Of a stretch of DNA of 20,000 bases, positions 1 to 9,108 are shown one piece after another. Position numbers and translations under genes: made by a program. Every line of letters starts with the position of its first letter. Position 1 is the first letter of the stretch. Source of the stretch: an uncultured virus (IMG/VR IMGVR_UViG_3300018475_000128) (Duplodnaviria; Heunggongvirae; Uroviricota; Caudoviricetes). The stretch lies in IMG/VR virus record IMGVR_UViG_3300018475_000128. The stretch is one strand, 5' to 3'. The notes beneath the pieces are model-generated. The model was not told the origin of the DNA and ran no database searches. It was given only the letters and a program-made list of their open reading frames with translations.

Positions 1-2927
1 AAACCGGCAATAACACCACCCATAATAATGAGCAGTCCAGCTAACATACCAGCGGCTTGCCATGCTTTTCCCATATCATCTATGCTAGATAACACAAGAA
101 TACATACCGTTAATACGCCAAGCGCCAACGCCATGGCTTTAAATGCATCACCGATTGCTTTCCATTTAAGAGAATTTGCAACATTATTTAAGGCACTTGT
201 TATATTCTCAAACGGTGCAACAAAAGAATCCATTAGTTTTATAGCCTTTAATAAGGTTAAAATCCATAGAATTTTCTCTACCGCATCTAGGATAGTCATC
301 AGACTTATTTCTTCAGTACCGAATATAAATTTAACAATACCCTTGAGCGCATCTTGACATATCTTAAACGCGTCTTTTAATTTATCACCGATATTTACCC
401 AAAATTCTACAAAACCGATGAAAAACGATTGGATACCGTTTTCAAAATTTGTTTTCGCTGTTTTTATAGTTTTGTGACCACTGAGTGTTTTACCGATTCC
501 ATCTACTACGCCAGCAAGTCCCTTTTTATCGGATGATTTAATGTTGTCACCAAGATTGGTAAAATTGGTGAAAAACATTCTTAAATTTTCAAGACTAAAC
601 TCTGGTAATTTAAATCCAGCAAAGAACTTTTTAAGTCCATCAAACGCGCCACGTATACTATCAACAGCAAAAGTAACAACTTTACTGTTAGCTACGCTTT
701 TCGCAATTTTGGATATAAAATCAGCTATGGTTTTGAGAGTTTTTCCTAAACCTGAATCGCTAAAATTAGCGAGTTTATTAGAGATATTACCTAATGCGCC
801 AGACATCCTTTCAGATGCATCTGCAAACCATTCGGCTGTGGTCTTAAAGAATTCTGTTTCTTTAAATTTTTCAATCCACTTACCAACATGTTCTACTATA
901 AATTTAGTTATAGTATCTACAACATTATCTACAGTGTCTCTAAAACTAACTAATCCTTCACCAACACTAGCCAGTATATCCAGAACATTTACTCCAAAGA
1001 AACTAAGAATTTCTTTAAGTACATTAAAAGCTAATTTTGCCGGACCTTTTAATATTGTAAGAACAATGTCGATAGCTGCGAATATACCCTTAAAAATACT
1101 CAAGAATTTCTTACCGGTTTCACTTAACTCTCCGGTATCTTTTTCAGTGAGCCTAATGTTCTCACTAAATTCATGTAGAGCAGAAATTATATTATGCAGC
1201 TTAATTACCATATCAGCCGCAGTGGGTATTTCAAATATTTCTCCTAATGCATCCTTAATTATTTGAATAGTATCTAATATGACACTTCCAAAATTCTTAA
1301 AAGAATCTATTAGTAAGTCTCGACCATTATTTTTAGCCATATTATCTGCTATCTGGTTAATGGTCTTACCAGTTCGCTTAGCTTCTTTAGCTAAAGCATT
1401 ATATAATTCAATCTCATCTTCTGTGAGACCTAGATTTTTCAGTGTTTCTTCATCAAGTGCTTCGAGTTTTTTAGTCAACTCTTCTGTTTCTTCAGCACTA
1501 GTAACTAATGTGAGACCAAACTTCTCATGAGAAGCCTGAACATCTTCAATAGTTAACTTGTATTGATAGCCTTTATTAACAAGATCCTGAACAACTCGAT
1601 GATCATATCCAGCGGCTTTTAATAGATCATAACGATCGGGGTTGTCTCCTCGATTGTTAAAATCACCACGCCAAACCTTAGTTACGACATCTTGGAAGTA
1701 CTCTAATGTTTTAGTAGCATTTTTAACTTTTTCAATGCCTTTAGTAACATTACCGAGTTTTTCCTCTATCGCTTTCCATGGTTCAGCAAAGTTTAATGCT
1801 GTTTCAAGAACCCAATTTCGAACCTCAGCACCGGCAGCAAATACGTCCCAAAGAGTATTGGCTAAATCGGTCCATAGAACTTTAGCTTCTGCATAGTTAC
1901 CAAAGATTATTTCAAAGGTTTTCATCCAACCAGAGCTAACAGCATCCTTGGTAGCGTCTATAGCTTCGGAGAATGTTTTTGCTTCCTGTGCTGCTTTAGC
2001 AGCTGTTATAGCAACACCATCATATTTCTTGGATAAAATTTCATAAGCCTCAGACGCGGTATCGACTTCACCAGACTGAACCATCTCATAGGCCAACTCT
2101 GACATCTCTGCAAATTTACCAAATGCTTCTTCCAAAACACTAGTGTCAGCCCATTTATCTTTAAGAGTAGAAGCAAAGTCGGCAACGGTTATTTTACCTT
2201 CTTCGATTTTACCTTGTGCTACCGCGACATCGATGATCATCTGTTTAAGCTGCTTTGAGCTTACACCAGCAAGGTCAATAGATTTCCAGTCTGCATAATC
2301 CAAATAACCTTTGGAATAAGACTGGTTTAAGTTATACATTACGCGGCTAAATTCTGTTGCACCTTTACCAGCAAATGCAGTCGCATTAGCGACACCAGTT
2401 ATAAGCGGTATCAACTTATCGATATCACCGCCGGCTGAGGTCATTTGGCCTAAAGCGGCAGTCATATCTGTGAAACCATAACTAGTCTCGTCTGAGAACC
2501 ACATTAATTTATTTAGATATTGATTAACTTCATCGATAGATTTGCCAGTCGCGTTCATTATGGTCTGAACAGAAGCAGTCTTGTCACCATATTTACCCCA
2601 ACCAGATGCAATCTGATCAACTGATAAAGATTTTACAAGATTCTTACCAGCATTAACTGCTGAATTTGTGATATTCGCGAGGGCGGTTACTCCTATGACT
2701 TCAAGAGCTGAGAACTTAGCGCGAACCGTTTCCACACCGTTTGAAAGTCCAGACATATCGACTTTTTGAGCAGCCGCATTAACATTTTCCAGACCTTTAG
2801 ATGCTCCATCGAGATGAAGAGCATGTTTAAGCTTGTCGAGAGTCGACATCGTTGTAGCGACATTAGATTCGAAATGTTTATTGTCAAATCGCATTTCGAC
2901 AACTCTCTGGTCAACTGTTGTACTCAT
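1..2927 (-). CDS. Tail tape measure protein (partial, runs off the left edge)
   Basis: ATG at 2927 overlaps the upstream TGA (ATGA) and has a GGAGG RBS. It translates as MSTTVDQRVVEMRFDNKHFESNV...FSALEVIGVTALANITNSAVNAGKNLVKSLSVDQIASGWGKY...LMWFSDETSYGFTDMT, a typical tape-measure N-terminus, and is Ala/Lys-rich and helical. It is missing from the ORF track, consistent with no stop inside the window. It lies after the tail chaperones. Confidence 0.92.
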   Translation of the reverse strand, partial: MSTTVDQRVVEMRFDNKHFESNVATTMSTLDKLKHALHLDGASKGLENVNAAAQKVDMSGLSNGVETVRAKFSALEVIGVTALANITNSAVNAGKNLVKSLSVDQIASGWGKYGDKTASVQTIMNATGKSIDEVNQYLNKLMWFSDETSYGFTDMTAALGQMTSAGGDIDKLIPLITGVANATAFAGKGATEFSRVMYNLNQSYSKGYLDYADWKSIDLAGVSSKQLKQMIIDVAVAQGKIEEGKITVADFASTLKDKWADTSVLEEAFGKFAEMSELAYEMVQSGEVDTASEAYEILSKKYDGVAITAAKAAQEAKTFSEAIDATKDAVSSGWMKTFEIIFGNYAEAKVLWTDLANTLWDVFAAGAEVRNWVLETALNFAEPWKAIEEKLGNVTKGIEKVKNATKTLEYFQDVVTKVWRGDFNNRGDNPDRYDLLKAAGYDHRVVQDLVNKGYQYKLTIEDVQASHEKFGLTLVTSAEETEELTKKLEALDEETLKNLGLTEDEIELYNALAKEAKRTGKTINQIADNMAKNNGRDLLIDSFKNFGSVILDTIQIIKDALGEIFEIPTAADMVIKLHNIISALHEFSENIRLTEKDTGELSETGKKFLSIFKGIFAAIDIVLTILKGPAKLAFNVLKEILSFFGVNVLDILASVGEGLVSFRDTVDNVVDTITKFIVEHVGKWIEKFKETEFFKTTAEWFADASERMSGALGNISNKLANFSDSGLGKTLKTIADFISKIAKSVANSKVVTFAVDSIRGAFDGLKKFFAGFKLPEFSLENLRMFFTNFTNLGDNIKSSDKKGLAGVVDGIGKTLSGHKTIKTAKTNFENGIQSFFIGFVEFWVNIGDKLKDAFKICQDALKGIVKFIFGTEEISLMTILDAVEKILWILTLLKAIKLMDSFVAPFENITSALNNVANSLKWKAIGDAFKAMALALGVLTVCILVLSSIDDMGKAWQAAGMLAGLLIIMGGVIAG

Positions 2928-3301
2928 AGTTTAGTAACCTCCCTCCATGCATCATCTGCTAATTGATCGAAAATAGGCTGAATAGCAGGATTAATATAAT
3001 CTCGACCCTCTACCCAGCCTCCAGTTCCAGTTCCGTGACCATATTGCAAAATAATTGCAATCGGAACTCCATTTTGAATGTTTGAATTACAAAAGATCAG
3101 CTTAATCCATTTATCGGTTTGTTCAATCTTGTAGTACCATGAATTAGCTGTTTCTCCGGTATCAACCGGTGTCGCAGACGAAAGGGCGGCCACACCTTTT
3201 CTTCCGTATTCTTCAAGTGACCTTATTTCAACGCCTTTCTTGTATTTGTTCAAGAAACTATACGTCTTAGAAAAGTCACCCTTTTGTCTGAAACCAATCA
3301 T
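2924..3301 (-). CDS. HK97 gp10-like tail completion/neck protein
   Basis: 125 aa with 'ATPVDTGETANSW' and 'LQYGHGT..GGWVEGRDYINPA', which resemble the HK97 gp10 family PVDTG...YG...P signature. GAGGTGA RBS. Confidence 0.75.
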   Translation of the reverse strand: MIGFRQKGDFSKTYSFLNKYKKGVEIRSLEEYGRKGVAALSSATPVDTGETANSWYYKIEQTDKWIKLIFCNSNIQNGVPIAIILQYGHGTGTGGWVEGRDYINPAIQPIFDQLADDAWREVTKL

Positions 3302-3359
3302 ATAGTCACCTCTTACTTCGTGTTAAGAAGTTTTATTATTCTTATAATTATTTTGTTAA

Positions 3360-3902
3360 TTAACCTTTTGAGTTAAATTTCTGTCTACGAGCCGCATTAA
3401 GACTAGCGTTGCGACTCATGATGTCTTTTTTACTCATTTTCTTAGGTGGCTGATTTTTAATATTACATACTCGGACAAGCGTAAGGAGACGATTCAAATG
3501 CCATTTCTGACATTCAAAAGGAATATTCAAAGCTATCATCCAATAATAGATAAGCTCCGAAGTTATAACTTCTCGATTACGCTTGCCGTTTTTTTCTTCA
3601 AAGAATGTGGTTGCTGTCATGGGAGCGTCTATGTAATCATTTATAGCTTTCATGTTTTCTTTGGTTAAACATCTATACACGCTATCATCGATACTTGGAT
3701 TAAGTGTCATGCATTTAACATAATCGATGATTTCTTCGGTTGATTTTTCATCATTACTGATAAATGCTTTGCACCATTTTGACTCCCATTTTGAAATTGA
3801 AATCAGGGAGTGCTCAAGTTGTAAAGTTTGTTCTTTACTATATATGAACTCTCCCTTAACCTCATCAAATGCTTCAGTAGCGGGGATTGTAATGCTTATC
3901 AT
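3360..3902 (-). CDS. Tail assembly protein (chaperone-like, gpT-equivalent position)
   Basis: 180 aa ('LEHSLISISKWESKW', 'ELIYYWMIALNIPFECQKWHLNRLLTL'). Located between the first chaperone and the tape measure gene. Function inferred from synteny. Confidence 0.6.
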   Translation of the reverse strand: MISITIPATEAFDEVKGEFIYSKEQTLQLEHSLISISKWESKWCKAFISNDEKSTEEIIDYVKCMTLNPSIDDSVYRCLTKENMKAINDYIDAPMTATTFFEEKNGKRNREVITSELIYYWMIALNIPFECQKWHLNRLLTLVRVCNIKNQPPKKMSKKDIMSRNASLNAARRQKFNSKG

Positions 3903-3925
3903 TGTTCAAACCCCCAACATATTAA

Positions 3926-4321
3926 TTATTTATTTGCAGGCGCGGGAATGGAGGGCTTACCTTCCATTGCAGGAACGATTCCGTTAACGAAAGCAGCAGC
4001 AGCGTCAGCATTAGTAGCAAGTTCCATGAACAGCTGTGAATATGCTTCAGTCTGTGCAAAGCTATCGGATAATTCCTTAGACTTAATAAAGCGTCTACCG
4101 TCGTCACTCTTTTGACCATAAGCCTTCAATACGAGTTCCTTGAAGATCTTAACAATAGCAGGTGCATCTTGTGCAGCAACTATTTTATTGATCATCTCAG
4201 CAAGACCGCCAGTAGTGCTCAATTCCATTTCCATCAATTCGGCTTTGGACAGATTAAAGTAATGATCCTCTGTTCTCTCAACGCCATTGTAGTCAGTGTA
4301 AGTAAAAGTTTTTTTCAACAT
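3926..4321 (-). CDS. Tail assembly chaperone (gpG-like)
   Basis: 131 aa (MLKKTFTYTDYNGVERTEDHYFNLSKAEL...) immediately after the major tail gene. AAAGGGGA RBS. Confidence 0.7.
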   Translation of the reverse strand: MLKKTFTYTDYNGVERTEDHYFNLSKAELMEMELSTTGGLAEMINKIVAAQDAPAIVKIFKELVLKAYGQKSDDGRRFIKSKELSDSFAQTEAYSQLFMELATNADAAAAFVNGIVPAMEGKPSIPAPANK

Positions 4322-4390
4322 AAGTAGTTTTCCCCTTTCAAATTTGTGCTGTCTATGCAGCGTAATAGGATAAAATAAGATAGTAAATGA

Positions 4391-4424
4391 TAAAAGGGTC
4401 GCCAGCCTAACTGAATACGACCCT
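4391..4424 (-). terminator. Hairpin plus short U-tract after the major tail protein gene (intrinsic terminator/attenuator candidate)
   Basis: Minus strand reads AGGGTCG-TATTCAGTTAGGCTGG-CGACCCT-TTT. This is a perfect 7-bp stem (4395-4401/4418-4424) with an inner CAG/CTG stem, followed by Us. Confidence 0.55.
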
Positions 4425-4457
4425 CATAGGTTTGTTAGATAATTCTAACTATAGAGA

Positions 4458-5156
4458 TTAGCCTTCAGTGCCAAGAATAGTGTATACCTCATCAGGAAGA
4501 GGTAAGTAAGCAGCACCAGTAGCAGAACCATAAAGAATATCTTCCAAAGCTGTCATTTTACTTGCATCAACCTTGGTAGAATCAATAGTGAGACATGCAG
4601 TGGGCTTAGGAGTAACCTTCTGACCGTCAACAGTAACTTCACCGATGGCAACAGGAGTAGTAGTGAACTCCCAAGAGAAAGTGATAGCCTCGGGAGAATC
4701 GTTAATAGTAGCATAAGCCTTCTCAGAAACAGCAGCAAGAGCGCCGTAAACAAGATGGAGCTTATAACCATAGTCATTACCAACGTCATCATTGCCAAGA
4801 GTAGTACGATAGCAGATACCGAAAGTCTTACGACCCTGAGCGCTAATAGTCATACCAGGAATAAGCTCCAACTCGCCATTGCAAGCCTTGAACTCATCGG
4901 GATAAGTATAAGCTTCGATAGTACCACCAAACTCTTCATTAGACATCAGGTTAAGATACTTAATATTATCAGCATACAGAGCTGTAGCCTCAGCACCAGA
5001 AGGTGACTCGGTAACGGCAGTAAGACCATTCCAAGCTACACCGCCCTGATAAGGGCTTTTACCATCAGTAGATTCGCCACGAACATACAGAACGCCACGA
5101 TCAACACCGGTTTCGTAAAAACGCTTACCGGTTTCGTCCCAAATAATTTTAGCCAT
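4458..5156 (-). CDS. Major tail (tube) protein
   Basis: 232 aa with 'WDETGKRFYETGVDRGVLY', 'GVAWNGLTAVTESPSGAE..LYADNIKY' and 'TINDSPEAITFSWEFTTTP', typical of a siphovirus tail tube. AAGGGGG RBS. Confidence 0.9.
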   Translation of the reverse strand: MAKIIWDETGKRFYETGVDRGVLYVRGESTDGKSPYQGGVAWNGLTAVTESPSGAEATALYADNIKYLNLMSNEEFGGTIEAYTYPDEFKACNGELELIPGMTISAQGRKTFGICYRTTLGNDDVGNDYGYKLHLVYGALAAVSEKAYATINDSPEAITFSWEFTTTPVAIGEVTVDGQKVTPKPTACLTIDSTKVDASKMTALEDILYGSATGAAYLPLPDEVYTILGTEG

Positions 5157-5176
5157 AATATAGGCCCCCTTTTTTA

Positions 5177-5494
5177 TTAATAATAGATTGTGAATGGATA
5201 ATGATTTAAATTATCCGCAGTGTATGGACGTCCAGAACTAATCATCTCGAAATGAGCCAAAAGCTTATCCGGGATATCAGTATCGGGGTCTCTAGTTATA
5301 ACGACACCCTCGTATTGATTGGTAGAAAGATAGATCTTATTGTTTGCACGTTTAAGACCTTTTCCAGCCAATTTATAACGAATGGCGCCGGTTGGATCGT
5401 ATTGCATTTTTACATTCTCAGGGGTTTGAAAATAAACATTTCTAGAACCTAGTACTTCGCATAACTCCTCATGGAGTTCGAGTCTACTAGCCAT
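5177..5494 (-). CDS. Tail terminator / head-tail joining protein
   Basis: Probable start is ATG 5494 (MASRLELHEELCEVLGSRNVYFQ...), overlapping the upstream stop, with a GGGGGTG RBS. 105 aa, directly upstream of the tail tube gene. Confidence 0.65.
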   Translation of the reverse strand: MASRLELHEELCEVLGSRNVYFQTPENVKMQYDPTGAIRYKLAGKGLKRANNKIYLSTNQYEGVVITRDPDTDIPDKLLAHFEMISSGRPYTADNLNHYPFTIYY

Positions 5495-5807
5495 TATAAA
5501 CACCCCCGAGAGTTAGTATTAGTCGAGGAGGCTGAGTGGGGTCGACACTATCAACAGACCACTTAGCCCCCATAAACTCAATCCACTTAATGGAGTAGAA
5601 TTTCTCAACGGCAAACGGATCGGCAACAATACTAATCTGCGTATTCACAGTTAGATTGTCATTAGTGCTATCGGAATTTCCAGTCCACCTAGTGACATTG
5701 CGAGTTACATCCCCGTAATACTCACGTACCGTATCCTGGGGCATCCATACTCCGGGAACAGTTTCCACTGTCTCAGAGTAACCTACTTTTCCGAACCATC
5801 TACCCAT
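5487..5807 (-). CDS. Head closure (stopper) / head-tail adaptor protein
   Basis: 106 aa beta-rich protein ('NTQISIVADPFA', 'WIEFMGAKWSV', 'PRLILTLGG') directly after the capsid gene. GGAGTGA RBS. Confidence 0.65.
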   Translation of the reverse strand: MGRWFGKVGYSETVETVPGVWMPQDTVREYYGDVTRNVTRWTGNSDSTNDNLTVNTQISIVADPFAVEKFYSIKWIEFMGAKWSVDSVDPTQPPRLILTLGGVYNG

Positions 5808-5848
5808 CAATAATCACTCCATTTTGATTTTTGTAAGCGCTTACAATA

Positions 5849-6997
5849 TTAGCCAGCGATAACGGGCTCCTCAATAACGATAGCTGAGTAAGGATCAACA
5901 AGAGCACCGGACAAGCGAGTCTCCATGAGATACTTGTACTGGTTGTAGTCGATGTCGAAGTCCTCGAAGCTAGTGATCTCGCCACCCTTAGCGCAACCGA
6001 ACTGATAGTTGCCCATATTTACGAAGATACCAAGAAGCTTGAACTCCTTATCCTCGTCATCCTTACGTGCTTCAAGATCAGCGAACTGCTCAACAGTAAA
6101 GATGTTAGCAACGTTCAATACCTTAGCAAGATCGGCAGCAGAGTCGTAGATACGACGGCCGTTCATGTCACGAGCAAGAAGCATGGTGTTGAGCAAGTTA
6201 GGATCACAGTAGAAGTCAAGAGCGCCCTTGCCCTTATACTTGATGCGAGCTTTCATAACTGCAGCAATAATGGCCTCAGAATAGATGAACTCCTCACCGA
6301 AGTTAGCGCCAGTGCCAGTACCCTGAAGCTTGGTCTTCATACCAGCTACGTCAACAGTCTGACGGATGGTGTAAAGCTCTTCGTCAGTCCAGATAGGACG
6401 AATATTCTGATCAGAGATCTTCTCATCACCTTCGTTGCGCTGATCGCCAACAAGAGCAGCAAGAGCTACAGTCTCTTCCATGGTGTGCTTCATGATATTG
6501 CGCATATATGCGATAGAATCGAAGTCCATATCGATAACGTCATCACGATGCAAGCTGTCCTTGACGTATACGGTCTGAGGATGAGTCTCACGCTTGAGCA
6601 ACTTAACGTTAGCAGCAGTCTTCTTCTGATCACCCTTCTTGTAACCCTTAGCAGTAAGTTCTGCTACACGAGCATCAATCTGGCGAGTACGAACACGAGC
6701 GATAGGGCTCTTGTTAGCTTTAGCCATTACATGACCAACCCAGCCCATGTCGCGCTCCAACAGAGCGGGAGCACCAGGATGAGCATCCTTTACATCGGTG
6801 AACAATACGTCGATGGGTTCGCCATCTTCTGCGCCGAAGCCATGAGCAAGGCTATCAGCATTGTTTCTAGCATAGATTTCTACGCCCTTCTTAAAGCTAC
6901 CTACAGATTTAGCAGTTTCGATAATTTCCATTTGGTCTGCGTGAGAGAGGAAAGTGCCCTCCTGCTCTACGTCACGTTCAAATACATTAGTGTGCAT
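5849..6997 (-). CDS. Probable internally initiated major capsid protein (382 aa, in frame within the fusion ORF)
   Basis: In-frame ATG (Met251, position 6997) preceded by AAGGAGG (7014-7008) with a 10-nt spacer. It shares the GAAGGAGGCAA context of the RBS at the 7747 start. Confidence 0.55.
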   Translation of the reverse strand: MHTNVFERDVEQEGTFLSHADQMEIIETAKSVGSFKKGVEIYARNNADSLAHGFGAEDGEPIDVLFTDVKDAHPGAPALLERDMGWVGHVMAKANKSPIARVRTRQIDARVAELTAKGYKKGDQKKTAANVKLLKRETHPQTVYVKDSLHRDDVIDMDFDSIAYMRNIMKHTMEETVALAALVGDQRNEGDEKISDQNIRPIWTDEELYTIRQTVDVAGMKTKLQGTGTGANFGEEFIYSEAIIAAVMKARIKYKGKGALDFYCDPNLLNTMLLARDMNGRRIYDSAADLAKVLNVANIFTVEQFADLEARKDDEDKEFKLLGIFVNMGNYQFGCAKGGEITSFEDFDIDYNQYKYLMETRLSGALVDPYSAIVIEEPVIAG

Positions 6998-7747
6998 AAT
7001 TTCATTGCCTCCTTCAGAATGTTTAACATTTTCATCATCTTCCTCATCGGTTACGCCAGCATCTTCAAGTGCCTGACCGATAAGTGCATAAACTACAGTC
7101 TTCTGCTCTTCAGTGAGAGTATCGAAGACATCTTTTACGGTTTTGTCTTTGGTTTCAGTTTCAGTCTTAGTTTCGGTTTTAGGCTCTTCTTTAACCTCAG
7201 TTTCAACCTTGTTTTCTTTTTCGTTTACCACGGGTTTGTCATCCTCCTTTTTGTTATTGTTTGAGTGCTCCAAAGTTTGATCTTCTTCAGTATAGTGATG
7301 AATCATAATATTCTCATCATAGCCTACGATCAAGCCCTCTTCTGTGTCTTCACCATGTACCATAACGGAATCGATGAATGCACCGGGATTTGCACCGGCC
7401 ATCACAATACTTACTTCTCTGATCATTCCATGAAGAACGTCATTACCAGTCTGTTTCAACTTGTTAGCGTAAATGGACAAAGCCTTTACGTCACCATGTC
7501 TAACAGCTTCTTTTGCTGCCAAGCCAGATTCGCTTTCGTTAAAGGTGCAGTATGCATAAACACCCTCATCGCGATTCTCAAGCAGCGCATGACCCAGAAT
7601 GTTATCGGGATCATTGTGATTGTGGTTCCAAACCAGAGGAACTGTCTGCCCATCGCTATGTTTGAATGCATCTTTACGAATTGTTCTACCATCACTGCAT
7701 AGGAGATCGTTTCTCGTGGCCCAACCACTAAAATGATATTGCTCCAT
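5849..7747 (-). CDS. Fused HK97-family prohead protease - acidic linker/scaffold - major capsid protein
   Basis: 632 aa. The N-terminal ~125 aa resemble a herpes-like/HK97 prohead protease (FSGWAT, 'VPLVWNHNH', 'LGHALLE', 'LSIYA', 'EVSIV..GANPGA'). An acidic E/K/T-rich linker follows. The C-terminal part looks like an HK97-fold capsid ('FEDFDIDYNQYKYLMETRLSGALV.PYSA'). Located after the portal. Confidence 0.88.
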   Translation of the reverse strand: MEQYHFSGWATRNDLLCSDGRTIRKDAFKHSDGQTVPLVWNHNHNDPDNILGHALLENRDEGVYAYCTFNESESGLAAKEAVRHGDVKALSIYANKLKQTGNDVLHGMIREVSIVMAGANPGAFIDSVMVHGEDTEEGLIVGYDENIMIHHYTEEDQTLEHSNNNKKEDDKPVVNEKENKVETEVKEEPKTETKTETETKDKTVKDVFDTLTEEQKTVVYALIGQALEDAGVTDEEDDENVKHSEGGNEIMHTNVFERDVEQEGTFLSHADQMEIIETAKSVGSFKKGVEIYARNNADSLAHGFGAEDGEPIDVLFTDVKDAHPGAPALLERDMGWVGHVMAKANKSPIARVRTRQIDARVAELTAKGYKKGDQKKTAANVKLLKRETHPQTVYVKDSLHRDDVIDMDFDSIAYMRNIMKHTMEETVALAALVGDQRNEGDEKISDQNIRPIWTDEELYTIRQTVDVAGMKTKLQGTGTGANFGEEFIYSEAIIAAVMKARIKYKGKGALDFYCDPNLLNTMLLARDMNGRRIYDSAADLAKVLNVANIFTVEQFADLEARKDDEDKEFKLLGIFVNMGNYQFGCAKGGEITSFEDFDIDYNQYKYLMETRLSGALVDPYSAIVIEEPVIAG

Positions 7748-7775
7748 TTTGAAGTTGCCTCCTTCTCATAGATTT

Positions 7776-9095
7776 TTATTCATCCATGAGCGCACTGATA
7801 GGTGCATCCCATAGACTTGGAGATTGTATATCATCAGAGGTCTCATTTTCATTTGACCCCGGATAATCATTAGTTGTAGACATCGGATTGCCCGATTGTC
7901 CATTTTCATCAGGATGATTAAGATTGCTATTACGCAACTCATCAGCCTTAGGATCATCAGACGGTTTCATACCGATAATCTGTCTAACTTCATTGCTGGA
8001 CAAGATTTCATTACGTGTAAACTTATCAGCAATGTCTGCAATATTATTGACAGGAACAAGCTTGAACGGATCTTTGAAGTACATGATTGTCTGACCCTGA
8101 GTTCTAGCTGTTTTTGTTAAGAAACTACGTTTCATAGCATCAACAATAGCTGACACTATTGGTTCAATAGTTCTATTATTATAGTTAAGCATTACTTTCT
8201 CATCGGCTGTACCGTCCAATACAGAAGGTGTCATACCGATTTGACTGTAAAGCTGATTTGTTAAATACTCGATCTGTTTCATGAGATTATTCTCAACAGG
8301 TCTATTTAACTGAGTAATTTTCTCGGTTCCATCAGTATAAGCAATACCGTATGGTCCTTTTAACTGATCCTCGATATCCTTGCGGCGCTTTTCAGCCTGT
8401 TGCTGACGAGCTTCGGTCTTAATTACATATGGTAACTGAATAATAAGATCCAATTTACCAGAACCACTCTGCTCATCAATAGCATCCAGAATATTCAGTT
8501 TTCTTATAAGACGCTGCATAGTCGAATTCGGTTCATTAATAACTGCATAGAGAGGATTCTCTATGATAGCAACCGTCTTTTTAGGAAGTATAATGTCTTC
8601 CCTCTTACCAGTCCTATCGTTATAGACTCGAACCTTGACATGAGCAGGATACCACTCTAAAATCTTTCCAGTTCGCATTGACAAGATATCATATGAACTA
8701 GATTTCATAGGATCGATTGAAGTATCAACAGGGACAATAGCTACGGCGCCTTCATCAAACATCGACATTACAACATCCTGAATAAAGGAACGTCCTGTCT
8801 GATCTATGTTGGCTTCGAGTGTCAAGCAGTCATTCAAGGTTGAATTCATATCTTCTATGTATCTACCATTTTTGTCTATACGACAATGTTTGATGGCTAT
8901 AGAAGCTACATCCATAGCTATTCGATTGTATACTGAGGTAACTGTCGATCGTTCGTTACCGCGAGTGAACCGCACACGGTCCGGACGATACACATAACCC
9001 ATACCAACATTGCTATACGGCACGGTCATGTTTTCTTGACTCTTTTTAAATGCATTCCACGCTCGTTTAAGCCTGGATGACAATGTTGACTCCAT
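7776..9095 (-). CDS. Portal protein (HK97-like)
   Basis: 439 aa from ATG 9095 (GAGGTGA RBS). Contains 'VYNRIAMDVASI', 'EANIDQTGRSF' and 'NEILSSNEVRQIIGMKP'. Located between the terminase region and the protease/capsid gene. Confidence 0.92.
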   Translation of the reverse strand: MESTLSSRLKRAWNAFKKSQENMTVPYSNVGMGYVYRPDRVRFTRGNERSTVTSVYNRIAMDVASIAIKHCRIDKNGRYIEDMNSTLNDCLTLEANIDQTGRSFIQDVVMSMFDEGAVAIVPVDTSIDPMKSSSYDILSMRTGKILEWYPAHVKVRVYNDRTGKREDIILPKKTVAIIENPLYAVINEPNSTMQRLIRKLNILDAIDEQSGSGKLDLIIQLPYVIKTEARQQQAEKRRKDIEDQLKGPYGIAYTDGTEKITQLNRPVENNLMKQIEYLTNQLYSQIGMTPSVLDGTADEKVMLNYNNRTIEPIVSAIVDAMKRSFLTKTARTQGQTIMYFKDPFKLVPVNNIADIADKFTRNEILSSNEVRQIIGMKPSDDPKADELRNSNLNHPDENGQSGNPMSTTNDYPGSNENETSDDIQSPSLWDAPISALMDE

Positions 9096-9108
9096 TTTGA
9101 CTTTCACC
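9090..9108 (-). promoter_or_regulatory. 19-bp exact repeat GGTGAAAGTCAAAATGGAG (RBS + start codon), copy 1 of 3
   Basis: Identical at 9090-9108, 9670-9688 and 12206-12224. This copy contains the portal ATG. Confidence 0.85.

Noticed and set aside
28..1896. Plus-strand ORFs 28..357, 541..1266, 1279..1530 and 1642..1896
   Set aside because: They are antisense shadows of the tape measure gene, with Ser/Leu/Phe-rich composition and no recognisable motifs.
3900..3990. Programmed -1 frameshift between the two tail chaperone genes (lambda G/GT type)
   Set aside because: I found no convincing X XXY YYZ slippery site near the end of 3926..4321. The alternative-frame ORF 3922..4119 stops before the next gene, and that gene has its own RBS and ATG.
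6485..7702. Long plus-strand ORFs 6485..7264 and 7265..7702, and other plus-strand ORFs such as 14619..15149 and 17035..17334
   Set aside because: They lie antisense to well-supported phage genes, and their low-complexity hydrophobic sequence mirrors the E/K/A-rich sense strand.
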